Assembly (NCBI GenBank): GCA_021824345.1
Contig: JAKAKW010000004.1
Span: forward strand, 11,019-75,018
DNA: 64,000 bases
Origin: a bacterium
Lineage (GTDB): Bacteria; Patescibacteriota; Minisyncoccia; Phycocordibacterales; UBA9973
Direction of reading: 5' to 3'
Below the pieces are notes generated by a model. It saw nothing but the letters and a program-made list of their open reading frames with translations, made no database searches and was not told where the DNA came from. Position 1 is the stretch's first letter, and each line of letters opens with the position of its first letter. The position numbers were made by a program, and so were the translations under genes. Shown piece after piece: positions 18,299 through 26,797 of this stretch.

Positions 18299-20005
18299 CT
18301 ATATTATTTCTTTCTGGTAACACTCTACGCAATATACTATTTCCGGCCTTTCGGGAGAATACGGAGTTTCCATTTCCTTTCCGCAATTGTCGCACTTGCG
18401 CTTGAAAAATTTTCTTGGAAGAGTTCTACCGATGCGAGTATTGTGTCTGGCAAGAGGAGCACTACGAGGTATCGGTAGGCCGACTTTTCTGTAAAAGGAA
18501 AGCTCCATTGGGATTATTTTATACGCCTTGCCTGTTTCTTCGCATTTTAAAACCTTGTCAAGAATATCGTCGCCTACATCTTTTATATCGTCCGGTATCA
18601 AATAATCAGAAAATTCATATGTGGTATCGGATTTGTAATCGCTCCAGACAAAGCCCCTTTCAATGGCCTCTTCTTTTGAAAGAGGAAAATATTCGCAGGC
18701 CGCAGTTTCATTGTATCCGTGAGGGGCGAAACCAGCCGGAAAAAATTCTCCGTATCCATATACCTTTCCAGATTCGTCAATAAAAGGCATATCGTTCATG
18801 TGTTTCTTTATTTTCGCCAACAGTTTATCATATTCCTCTTTAGAATATTTTTTATTTAGAATCACATATTCCCCTCCCCTTATCCCGGAACATCCGAAGC
18901 AATAGCTGGAACTGGTAGTCATATAAGAGTATTCCACATTGGCAATTGTCATTTTCTTCAACGGGTCGCTGGAAGTGCATCCGAGAAGGGCTTTAGAATT
19001 ATATGCTCCGCCGCTGTGGGCGGACTCGTACACCAGTTCGGCGGCGCCGAAGCAGGAGCAATCCCAGCAGTCTCGTATCCAGCCTCCAATATAGATATTC
19101 TTTGAATCCTCAATTTTTGTTACTTGCCAGCAATTCTTCGCATTTTTGCATTCTGAAAGCTCATTGCCGGTTGAATTTACCGTTTTAATTATAAAATTTT
19201 CCCTGTGAGGTTGCTTTTCCCAGACAAGACTGCTTTGTTTCTTCCACCATTCAAGGCCGTTATGGGAAGAATACGGATACTCCGCGATAAATTTTTCATA
19301 GGCTTCCTTTGAATATTGCTCGTTCATTATGCAATATTGCTTGTTCCGTAGGCCCGCACAAGCAATGCAGTTGCTGCAATTATGGCAGTCGTAACAAAGA
19401 ATTGAATTGAGGCAGTTCTCGCATTCTTCGGAGAAATGGGTAAAGTAACATCTTTCGCAATGTATATCAAAAGAGCAATATTCCGGATTTATCGCCCAGC
19501 AGTTGTCAAAACTATTTTTGCCGTAAAGCTCGTATGTATTGTATGCCGAATCTTCATTATAATGTCCTCCTACATTTAAATAGCAATTTTTGTCGTCCGC
19601 CTCCTGATTTACCCAATCGCTATTGACGCAATTCAAGTTATATATAGAGATATGAGGGACTTTGAAAAACAATTCTCTCCATTGCTCAAAAAATGGCCTT
19701 GAAAAATCGTATTCCTGTCCGTAAGAATAGGGATCCCATTTGTCGCCCCACCAGCAATTGGTGCAGTACATGGGATATTTTTTATCCGGAGAAACCCTTG
19801 ATACCACTTCCTTTCCGCACAAATCGCACTTGCGCTTGTACAAGTGCCTTTCATTGCGAAATGCCAGCCGGCGCTGTTCCCTGCAATCTACACAGAACGT
19901 CGGCGGAGGCACTTTGATTTTTTCGTAAAAAGATAAATCTTCCGGCTCAATAGCGAAGCTCTGCTTGCAGTTCTGGCATATTCGCTTCTCATTCTTATCA
20001 TCCAT
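18299..20005 (-). CDS. Cysteine-rich multi-zinc-ribbon family protein, array A copy 6
   Basis: 568 aa: 'CQNCKQSFAIEPEDLSFYEKIKVPPPTFCVDCR', second ribbon 'CDLCGKEVVSRVSPDKKYPMYCTNCWWGDKWD', core 'CYDCHNCSNCIACAGLRNKQYCIMNEQYSKEAY', C-terminal 'CDNCGKEMETPYSPERPEIVYCVECYQKEII'. Confidence 0.85.
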   Translation of the reverse strand: MDDKNEKRICQNCKQSFAIEPEDLSFYEKIKVPPPTFCVDCREQRRLAFRNERHLYKRKCDLCGKEVVSRVSPDKKYPMYCTNCWWGDKWDPYSYGQEYDFSRPFFEQWRELFFKVPHISIYNLNCVNSDWVNQEADDKNCYLNVGGHYNEDSAYNTYELYGKNSFDNCWAINPEYCSFDIHCERCYFTHFSEECENCLNSILCYDCHNCSNCIACAGLRNKQYCIMNEQYSKEAYEKFIAEYPYSSHNGLEWWKKQSSLVWEKQPHRENFIIKTVNSTGNELSECKNAKNCWQVTKIEDSKNIYIGGWIRDCWDCSCFGAAELVYESAHSGGAYNSKALLGCTSSDPLKKMTIANVEYSYMTTSSSYCFGCSGIRGGEYVILNKKYSKEEYDKLLAKIKKHMNDMPFIDESGKVYGYGEFFPAGFAPHGYNETAACEYFPLSKEEAIERGFVWSDYKSDTTYEFSDYLIPDDIKDVGDDILDKVLKCEETGKAYKIIPMELSFYRKVGLPIPRSAPLARHNTRIGRTLPRKFFKRKCDNCGKEMETPYSPERPEIVYCVECYQKEII

Positions 20006-20009
20006 TAAT

Positions 20010-22241
20010 TCAAGAATCGAGCATTTTCCTTAATATGTCTTCCGGCACCTCTTTCACCTTTTTGGAATACGGCGGAACGGGAATCTCATTTTTTCCCGAA
20101 GTAGAGATTGTTTCGATATCGTTTTCCGGAGTTGATTCCGATCCGGGATCACTCTGTATCGGTTCATCTTTCTGTTCCGGTTGCGGTTCCTGTTCCGGCT
20201 CTGATTCTGGTTCTGGTTCTGGTTCCGACATATCAGGTTCCGCCGGAGAAACCGGTTCCAAAACATCCTTGGCGGGTTCCTCCTCTTTTTTCTCCGGCAT
20301 TGCTTCAAAAATCAAATCTTTAAGCTTATTCATATCTTCTGCGCTGGCTGCCCGATCTTCTTTTTTAGGCTTTTCAGCTTCAGCGGAATGCTTTTCCTCT
20401 TTAAGAGATTCAAGTGAAATTGGTTCCGGCCCAGGATCCTTTGGGCGCTCTTCGCTTTGAATTTTTTCTTCTTTTGGAACAGGTGGAATATTGTCATTCA
20501 AGGTCTTGTTCAGTATTTCTCTCAAAGCAGAGGTATCTCTTTCTTTTTTTGCCGGCGGTTCCTCCTTCTTTTGCTGAAACTTTTTTCCGTTCTGGTTTTT
20601 CTTAAAAACCGCCTTAAGCGAAGAAAAGCCGTTTGTTTTTTTGCCATTGTTCGGCACAGAGCTCGGCTCTTCCTTGAATTCTATTCCCAAATCCGCCAGA
20701 GGCTTGAAAAACCTTCCTTCATCTCGGCCGGAGCCGGTATTGGAGGAGCCGGACAAGGGCTTCAATTCCCCCGCTTTTATTTTGGCAATGCAATCCCGGC
20801 AATATATGGGCCTGCCGGGCTCGGGTCTGAAAGGCACCTTGGTCGGCTGTCCGCATATCGAGCACACCGCGTCAAACTTCTCCACTCCGGTAGTGGAACC
20901 GGAAGAGCTTGCGTCATCTTCTCCAAGAGACATTCCGCTCCAGTCATTTATCTCCTTTTCAACCGTATCGCGAGGACGGCAGTACAGTTCCCTGGACTTT
21001 CTTATGACCTCCGCTTCCGCTTCCGGATTTTCGCCTATTTTCACCATGGGCGGAAGCGTCCGGGCAGAAAACGGGCGGGAGGTGACTCCGTCTATCATCA
21101 GCTTGATGTATATCTTGTAGTTCGGGAGATTCACTATGTCCTCGGGGGTGAATTCCGGTTCAAATTCTTTTTCCAGAAATTCAGCGTCGTCCGCTCCCAC
21201 TCGAAACACGATCATGGTGCCGATGTTGCCGAAAATGGCGTCCCGAACCGAAGAGCTTTCCTTGGTGACAAGCTGGGCGGTGTATTGGTGCGCCACGGTA
21301 AGGTTTAAGCGATATTTTCGCGCTTCGGAAAGAATGCCGGCGAAGGCATCGGTAACGAAGTTTTGAAATTCGTCTACGTACAAATAAAAGTCCTTGCGTT
21401 CTTCCTCGGGTATGCGCACCCGTTCCATGGCGGCCAGCTGGATTTTGGTAATGATCATTCCGCCGAGAAGCGCGGAGTTGTCTTCGCCTATGCGACCCTT
21501 GGAAACGTTCACCAGGAAAATTTTCCCTTGGTTCATTAAGTCAAAAATATTGATGGTGCTCTTGGACTGCCCCACGATATTGCGGATGATAGAGGTGGAA
21601 AGAAATTGGCCGACTTTGTTTTGAATGGGAGCAATGGCTTCATTGCGGAACTTATCCTGCCACTCTTCGTACTCGTGCACCCAGAAAGCCTTAATGACCG
21701 GATCTTTCAGGTTGCTGATGATTTTTTGCCGATAGTCTTTGTCCACCAGCATCCTGGGAATGCCGAGCATGGTTGTGCCGGGAGTATCAAGAAGCGCGAG
21801 AATTGCATTGTTCAAAATGTATTCCATTCGGGCGCTCCAGGCGTTGGCCCAAATTTTTGTGAAAATGCCCATGAGGCCGGATGCCACCAGGTGCTTGTAT
21901 TTCGGATCAGGCAATTCCAAAACATTGAATCCGATGTGATACTCGGTGTCCGCCGGGTTGAAATACACCACATCTTTCAAGCGATGCTGGGGAATGGCGG
22001 AAAGCACCGCTTCCACGTTTTCCCCGTGCGGGTCCACCAAGCAGACGCCGTCGCCGTTCTTGATGTTCTGAATGATCATGTTGAACATGAGCACCGATTT
22101 ACCGGTGCCGGACTTTCCGAGAATATACACGTGCTGGCGCCTATCCTTCCGCTTTATGCCGAAGAGCTTGTTTTGGTCGCGAAAAGTGGTTTGGCCCAGG
22201 TATGTTAAATCCTTGTTATATGGGAGTTCCGTAGCGTCCAT
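20010..22241 (-). CDS. FtsK/HerA-superfamily P-loop ATPase, copy 2, with a C-terminal zinc-ribbon and acidic low-complexity extension
   Basis: Walker A 'ILGKSGTGKSVL' then 'LVDPHGEN'; Walker B 'FYLYVDEFQNF'. The roughly 330-aa C-terminal tail carries 'CSICGQPTKVPFRPEPGRPIYCRDCIAKI' and a 'PEPEPESEPEQEPQPEQ' stretch. Its stop lies 4 nt from the start of array copy 6. Confidence 0.6.
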   Translation of the reverse strand: MDATELPYNKDLTYLGQTTFRDQNKLFGIKRKDRRQHVYILGKSGTGKSVLMFNMIIQNIKNGDGVCLVDPHGENVEAVLSAIPQHRLKDVVYFNPADTEYHIGFNVLELPDPKYKHLVASGLMGIFTKIWANAWSARMEYILNNAILALLDTPGTTMLGIPRMLVDKDYRQKIISNLKDPVIKAFWVHEYEEWQDKFRNEAIAPIQNKVGQFLSTSIIRNIVGQSKSTINIFDLMNQGKIFLVNVSKGRIGEDNSALLGGMIITKIQLAAMERVRIPEEERKDFYLYVDEFQNFVTDAFAGILSEARKYRLNLTVAHQYTAQLVTKESSSVRDAIFGNIGTMIVFRVGADDAEFLEKEFEPEFTPEDIVNLPNYKIYIKLMIDGVTSRPFSARTLPPMVKIGENPEAEAEVIRKSRELYCRPRDTVEKEINDWSGMSLGEDDASSSGSTTGVEKFDAVCSICGQPTKVPFRPEPGRPIYCRDCIAKIKAGELKPLSGSSNTGSGRDEGRFFKPLADLGIEFKEEPSSVPNNGKKTNGFSSLKAVFKKNQNGKKFQQKKEEPPAKKERDTSALREILNKTLNDNIPPVPKEEKIQSEERPKDPGPEPISLESLKEEKHSAEAEKPKKEDRAASAEDMNKLKDLIFEAMPEKKEEEPAKDVLEPVSPAEPDMSEPEPEPESEPEQEPQPEQKDEPIQSDPGSESTPENDIETISTSGKNEIPVPPYSKKVKEVPEDILRKMLDS

Positions 22242-22249
22242 ATGGGAAA

Positions 22250-22278
22250 ATTATACCCTTTCAAAGAGGTTTTATCAA
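22250..22278 (-). promoter_or_regulatory. Sigma-70-type promoter for ATPase copy 2 and the downstream array: -35 TTGATA, 17-bp spacer, -10 TATAAT, 8 nt before the ATG
   Basis: The minus strand reads TTGATAaaacctctttgaaagggTATAATtttcccATG; the short distance to the ATG implies a leaderless or near-leaderless transcript. Confidence 0.55.
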
Positions 22279-22280
22279 AC

Positions 22281-22307
22281 AAAAAACCGGCTCAAGACCG
22301 GTTTTTT
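22281..22307. terminator. Bidirectional intrinsic terminator downstream of dnaK
   Basis: AAAAAACCGG-CTCAAGA-CCGGTTTTTT: a 5-6-bp stem with flanking A and T runs. Confidence 0.6.
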
Positions 22308-22325
22308 GTCCACTTACGTGAATTT

Positions 22326-24263
22326 TTACTGTTTGGGCTGTTCCCCTTCGGGCTTATCCCCTTCCTTGAATTCCGCGTCGCGGACTTCGGGGCCTTGCTC
22401 TTCCGGAGTTTTAGCCTCTCCAGCGCCAGGGTTTGCTCCCGGCTGTCCGGCACCCGGCTGGCCTTGCTGATTCATGGCCTGGCCGATTTTGGACATCTCG
22501 CTGGAAAGCTCTTCTGTGGCCTTCTTGATTGCTTCGGCATCAGTGCCGTCTTTCACGCCTCGCAGGGCCGTAATCTTATCGTTTACGCTCTTCTTTACGT
22601 CTTCGGGAATCTTGGCCTCGTTGTCTTTCACAGCCTTCTCTGCGGTGTAAATCATCATTTCGGCGGTATTTTTTACATCCACGATTTCTTTCTTTTTCTT
22701 GTCTTCATCTGCGTGAGCTTCCGCATCAGCTTGCATTTTCTTAATGTCTTCATCCTTTAAGCCGGAACTTGCCTCTATGCGGATGGACTGCTCCTTGCCG
22801 GAAGCCTTGTCTTTGGCTTTTACGTTCAGAATACCATTGGCATCCACATCAAAAGTGACCTCCACCTGCGGAATTCCGCGAGGCGCCGGAGGAATGCCGT
22901 CCAATATGAACCGGCCGAGAGATTTGTTGTCGGCTGCCATAGGACGTTCCCCTTGCACGATGTGAATTTCAACGGAAGTTTGATTGTCTGCCGCAGTGGA
23001 AAATACCTGCGATTTGGAAGCCGGGATAGTGGTATTTTTATCAATCAGTTTTGTAGCTACGCCTCCCAGAGTCTCAATGCCCAAGGAAAGCGGAATAACA
23101 TCAAGAAGCAGAACATCGCGGACATCTCCCTGCAAAACTCCGGCCTGCACGGCGGCTCCGAGAGCCACCACCTCGTCGGGATTTATGGACATATTCGGCT
23201 GTCTGCCAAAAAGATTTTTTACCGCCTCAATAATGGCCGGCATGCGAGTTTGTCCGCCCACCATGATAATCTCGTTTATTTCGTTCATCTTAAACGGCGA
23301 CGCTTCAAGAGCGCGCTTGGTAATTTCAATGGAACGGTCGATAAGATCTTTGGCCAGAGTCTCCAAAGTGGCCCTGCTCATCTTCAGGAGCAGGTGTTTT
23401 GGACCGCTTGAATCGGAAGTGACGAATGGAATATTAATTTCCGCCTCAAGGGTGGTGGAAAGCTCATGTTTGGCCTTCTCGGCCGCTTCGCGCAAGCGCT
23501 GGTTGGCCAAAGGATCCTTGGTAACATCTATTCCGGATTCTTTCTTAAACTCATCCGCTATCCATTGCACCATTCTGCGGTCAATGTCGCCTCCTCCCAT
23601 GTGGCTGTCTCCGTCGGTAGATTTCACTTCAATCACATCTTCTCCGATTTCCAACACGGAAACGTCAAAAGTTCCGCCTCCGAAGTCGTATACCACTATC
23701 TTTTCATTTTTCTTTTTATCAAAACCGTATGCGAGAGCGGCGGCGGTGGGTTCATTTATGATGCGCTTCACATCCAAGCCCGCGATAGCTCCGGCGTCCT
23801 TAGTCGCTTTTCTCTGGGAATCGTTGAAGTAAGCCGGAACGGTAATCACCGCTTCAGTAATCTTTTCTCCAAGCTTAGCTTCCACATCGGACTTAATCTT
23901 CTGAAGAATCATGGCGGAAATTTCTTCCGGACGATAGAATTTGTCACCCATCTTTACCTGCACTCCGCCATCTTGTCCCGCTTGAATCTTGAATGAAGCG
24001 GACTTTAAGTCATTCTGCACTCCGGGATCGTCAAAGCGATGTCCCATGTAGCGCTTGATTTCAGAAATGGTATTTTCCGGGTTAGTTACCGCCTGGCGCT
24101 TGGCAAGAAGCCCCACGAGCCTATCGCCGTTTTTGGTCTGCGCAACCACCGAAGGAGTAGTGCGATTGCCCTCCACATTTTCAACAATCTTCGGCGCTCC
24201 GCCCTCAATTATTGCAACCGCAGAGTTTGTAGTTCCTAAGTCAATTCCTATAATTTTACTCAT
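22326..24263 (-). CDS. dnaK: Chaperone DnaK (Hsp70)
   Basis: '[14 protein letters not shown]', '[10 protein letters not shown]' and the substrate-binding domain with a charged lid; 645 aa. Confidence 0.95.
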   Translation of the reverse strand: MSKIIGIDLGTTNSAVAIIEGGAPKIVENVEGNRTTPSVVAQTKNGDRLVGLLAKRQAVTNPENTISEIKRYMGHRFDDPGVQNDLKSASFKIQAGQDGGVQVKMGDKFYRPEEISAMILQKIKSDVEAKLGEKITEAVITVPAYFNDSQRKATKDAGAIAGLDVKRIINEPTAAALAYGFDKKKNEKIVVYDFGGGTFDVSVLEIGEDVIEVKSTDGDSHMGGGDIDRRMVQWIADEFKKESGIDVTKDPLANQRLREAAEKAKHELSTTLEAEINIPFVTSDSSGPKHLLLKMSRATLETLAKDLIDRSIEITKRALEASPFKMNEINEIIMVGGQTRMPAIIEAVKNLFGRQPNMSINPDEVVALGAAVQAGVLQGDVRDVLLLDVIPLSLGIETLGGVATKLIDKNTTIPASKSQVFSTAADNQTSVEIHIVQGERPMAADNKSLGRFILDGIPPAPRGIPQVEVTFDVDANGILNVKAKDKASGKEQSIRIEASSGLKDEDIKKMQADAEAHADEDKKKKEIVDVKNTAEMMIYTAEKAVKDNEAKIPEDVKKSVNDKITALRGVKDGTDAEAIKKATEELSSEMSKIGQAMNQQGQPGAGQPGANPGAGEAKTPEEQGPEVRDAEFKEGDKPEGEQPKQ

Positions 24264-24290
24264 GATATTAATTTAATTATTTGTAATGCT

Positions 24291-24465
24291 AAGTTCCTGA
24301 AAAAATATTCTTTGAGAAATGCCTTGCGCAGGAGCTTAGAAAATTAGGGAAGAAACATGACGGGTGTCATGTTTCCGACCATAATTTTCTTCGAGTGATG
24401 AGCAGAGCGGACGGCCAGCAGGCCGGAACGCGTGCATTTCGAGAAGAATGATTTTTCAGGAACTC
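24291..24465. repeat. Inverted repeat AAGTTCCTGAAAAA / TTTTTCAGGAACT bracketing about 150 bp of the dnaK-regulator divergent intergenic region
   Basis: Left arm 24291-24304 and right arm 24452-24465 are exact reverse complements over 13 nt. Confidence 0.6.
24352..24375. promoter_or_regulatory. Perfect 10-bp palindrome GAAACATGAC-N4-GTCATGTTTC upstream of dnaK (candidate operator; not a CIRCE or HAIR site)
   Basis: Exact dyad read from the sequence between the divergent dnaK and wHTH-regulator genes. Confidence 0.5.
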
Positions 24466-24527
24466 ACTATTCCGACATTATATACTAATGCTATAATTTT
24501 GACAAGTTTTTCGTGGTCGCAAAAAGC

Positions 24528-24555
24528 TTGTCAAAAGGTATAATAATGCTATAAT
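24528..24555 (+). promoter_or_regulatory. Sigma-70 promoter for the PaaX-like gene: -35 TTGTCA, extended -10 TGcTATAAT ending 6 nt before the ATG (leaderless)
   Basis: A second TGcTATAAT copy lies at 24489-24497, followed directly by TTGACA (24499-24504). Confidence 0.55.
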
Positions 24556-24561
24556 TCTTAT

Positions 24562-25080
24562 ATGTCAAGAAAACCGAGCTATTCCCAAAAAATCCTTAAA
24601 ATATTGGCTCAAAAACCGGCTATTTCTGTTAAATCTATAAAGGAAGATAAGAGCTCAAAGGAAAACTACGCATTGGCAAGATCGGTCAAGAGCCTCATAG
24701 ATTCCGGTTGTATTGAGGTGGTTTCCTCAGACAATCAAAAGTACTTAAAAATCACAAAAAAGGGTCGGAACAAGCTGAATTGTCTGAAGCTGGAAGGCCA
24801 GGAGGCGCTTGTGTCCTTTGCATGGGATGGATTGTGGAGATTTATAATTTTGGACTTGCCGGAAGAGCGGAAAAGCGAACGAGAAGCCTTGCGCTATCTC
24901 TTGAAAAAGGCGAATTTCGTATGCGTTAAAAACGCTGTGTGGGCCTCCCCCCACCCTTACGAGCACCTGTTCGGAAGCATTAAAAAGGACTTAGGGCTTG
25001 GCGCCGAGATGATGATAATGGTAACAGACTCGGTGGACGAAGACACCAAGAAACTTTTGTTTGAGTCCTTCGGAAAGTAA
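24562..25080 (+). CDS. PaaX-family-like transcriptional regulator (N-terminal winged helix plus PaaX_C-like domain)
   Basis: N-terminal wHTH-like 'ILKILAQKPAISVKSI...LIDSGCIE'. C-terminal 'WDGLWRFIILDLPEERKSEREALRYLLKKANFVCVKNAVWASPHP' resembles the PaaX C-terminal signature (W.G.W..V.F..PE..R..R..LR..L...GF..L...VW..P). Confidence 0.5.
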   Translation: MSRKPSYSQKILKILAQKPAISVKSIKEDKSSKENYALARSVKSLIDSGCIEVVSSDNQKYLKITKKGRNKLNCLKLEGQEALVSFAWDGLWRFIILDLPEERKSEREALRYLLKKANFVCVKNAVWASPHPYEHLFGSIKKDLGLGAEMMIMVTDSVDEDTKKLLFESFGK

Positions 25081-26793
25081 TCAATATACCTCCTTTTGGT
25101 AGCATGATTCGCAGTATACTATCTCCGGCCTCTCCGGCGCGTAGCTTGTCTCAAATTCGTTCGAACACTTTCCTTCGTGGCCGTGGTTTCCCTTGTCACA
25201 CATGCAGGAGCGGTGCCAGAGCCTTAGCGGCGTTTTCATTTTTATCCGTTCCATATGCCGGCAGAGCGGGCAAAGGCGTGGCAATGGAATTTTATTTTTC
25301 TTATAAAACTTAATTTCGGAATCTATCAGTCGGAATGCCGTCGCACACTGATCGTTGCACTTGCCTCTATGCGCACATTCAATAACTTCTTCGGTAAATG
25401 AATCCGGAACGTCTGATATATTGTCCGGGATTTCTTCCGTTCGGATCGAAATTTCATACTTTTTCTCTTCCGATTCGCGCCATTCGTAGCCTTTTTCCAG
25501 AATTTCCTCTTTTGATTTCGGAAAATAGTCCTGAGCCAAGGTTTCGTTATAGCAGAAAGGATAATCGCTTGTCGGGAAAAATTCCCCGTACTCCCCTACC
25601 TTTTTCATTGATTCAATAATTTTTTCGGTCAGTTTTGCGTATTCCTCCTTCGTATATTGCCTATTTAAAATGCAATATGATTTGTTCCGCAGGCCGATGC
25701 ACCCGAAAATATTGTTGCAATCGTAGCAATTATAGGAATATAGGACGTCAAAGCCTCCCCAAATGAAGGCAGAAAAGAATATCCTCTGCCCGGAAATGCT
25801 TACCGCTTCATAAAACACTTCAGCTTTATCCCAGGCAATAAAGGCGTCTTGGCCGTCTTTGGAATTATCATGAACCCGAAAAGAATACTTGCAGTCTTCA
25901 ACGTTGCCTCTTAAGTTAAAGCATTGCTTGCAATTTTTTGCTTCCATTATGTCGTCCCCGGTCACATTTACCGATTTATTGATTATCGCGTATTTCCTGG
26001 GAGTTTTAAGCTTTAGTTTCTCAAACTTTTCTTTTGCTTCCAAAAGCTTGGAATAACTGCCATTTCTATATTCCTCGATCTTTTCCGCATATTCCTCCTT
26101 ACTATATTGCGTATTGAAAATGCAATTATTTTTTCCCCGCAAGCCCACGCATCCGAAGCAATTTGTGCAATTCCGGCAATCATACATGAGCATAGAGTCT
26201 ACACACGCCTCACAGCTTTGTCCGAAAAAAAAGTGGTTTGATTTTTGGGAATCGACAAGTTCATAGCAAAATTCGCATTCGGGAGACTGATGCAAATCAA
26301 GGCAATTCTTTATTCTGAGAAGCCCGCCGAAAATGTAGGCATTGTCCTCGCCCGTGACGCAGCCGGCGCAAAAATAGCAGTTCTTCAGATTTACCGTGTA
26401 ATTTGAATATTTGCTGTTCACATTGTTCTTCTGCACAAGATTCGGGTGCGGAACGTCTGAAAACAGCTTTTTAAATTGCACAAAGAATTTTTTAGAAAAA
26501 TCATATTCTCTGCCGTGCTCCAAGGGATCCCAAGCGTCGCTCTTCCAATATTCGTTGTCGTACACTTTTAAGGGAGAATCGGCGGGATACATGGAAAGTA
26601 TTGATTGGCCTGTAGCATCGCATTTCCTGTGGTACCAATTGCGTTCGTTTCTCCATAAAAGCCTGCGAATGGTCCGGCATTCCGGGCACCATGTCGGCGG
26701 AGGAACTTTGATTTTCTCATAAAAAGAGAAATCTTCCGGCTCAATGGTAAAGTCCTTTTGGCAATTCTGACATTGTTTGGTTTCGGGTTGCAT
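25081..26793 (-). CDS. Cysteine-rich multi-zinc-ribbon family protein, array B copy 1
   Basis: 570 aa: 'MQPETKQCQNCQKDFTIEPEDFSFYEKIKVPPPTWCPECR', 'CRNCTNCFGCVGLRGKNNCIFNTQYSKEEY', 'CYDCNNIFGCIGLRNKSYCILNRQYTKEEY', C-terminal 'WHRSCMCDKGNHGHEGKCSNEFETSYAPERPEIVYCESCYQKEVY'. Its stop abuts the stop of the convergent PaaX-like gene. Confidence 0.85.
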   Translation of the reverse strand: MQPETKQCQNCQKDFTIEPEDFSFYEKIKVPPPTWCPECRTIRRLLWRNERNWYHRKCDATGQSILSMYPADSPLKVYDNEYWKSDAWDPLEHGREYDFSKKFFVQFKKLFSDVPHPNLVQKNNVNSKYSNYTVNLKNCYFCAGCVTGEDNAYIFGGLLRIKNCLDLHQSPECEFCYELVDSQKSNHFFFGQSCEACVDSMLMYDCRNCTNCFGCVGLRGKNNCIFNTQYSKEEYAEKIEEYRNGSYSKLLEAKEKFEKLKLKTPRKYAIINKSVNVTGDDIMEAKNCKQCFNLRGNVEDCKYSFRVHDNSKDGQDAFIAWDKAEVFYEAVSISGQRIFFSAFIWGGFDVLYSYNCYDCNNIFGCIGLRNKSYCILNRQYTKEEYAKLTEKIIESMKKVGEYGEFFPTSDYPFCYNETLAQDYFPKSKEEILEKGYEWRESEEKKYEISIRTEEIPDNISDVPDSFTEEVIECAHRGKCNDQCATAFRLIDSEIKFYKKNKIPLPRLCPLCRHMERIKMKTPLRLWHRSCMCDKGNHGHEGKCSNEFETSYAPERPEIVYCESCYQKEVY

Positions 26794-26797
26794 AACT

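Noticed and set aside
20054-20308. 84-aa minus-frame ORF rich in 'RNQNQNQNQ'
   Set aside because: It lies in a different frame over the acidic PE-repeat tail of ATPase copy 2, and its repetitive translation simply mirrors that low-complexity DNA.
24264-24561. CIRCE/HrcA or HAIR/HspR operator upstream of dnaK, and likewise upstream of grpE at 34290-34506
   Set aside because: No match to TTAGCACTC-N9-GAGTGCTAA or CTTGAGT-N7-ACTCAAG was found. Only a loose 'CTTAGCA' fragment occurs. The palindromes present are different sequences.
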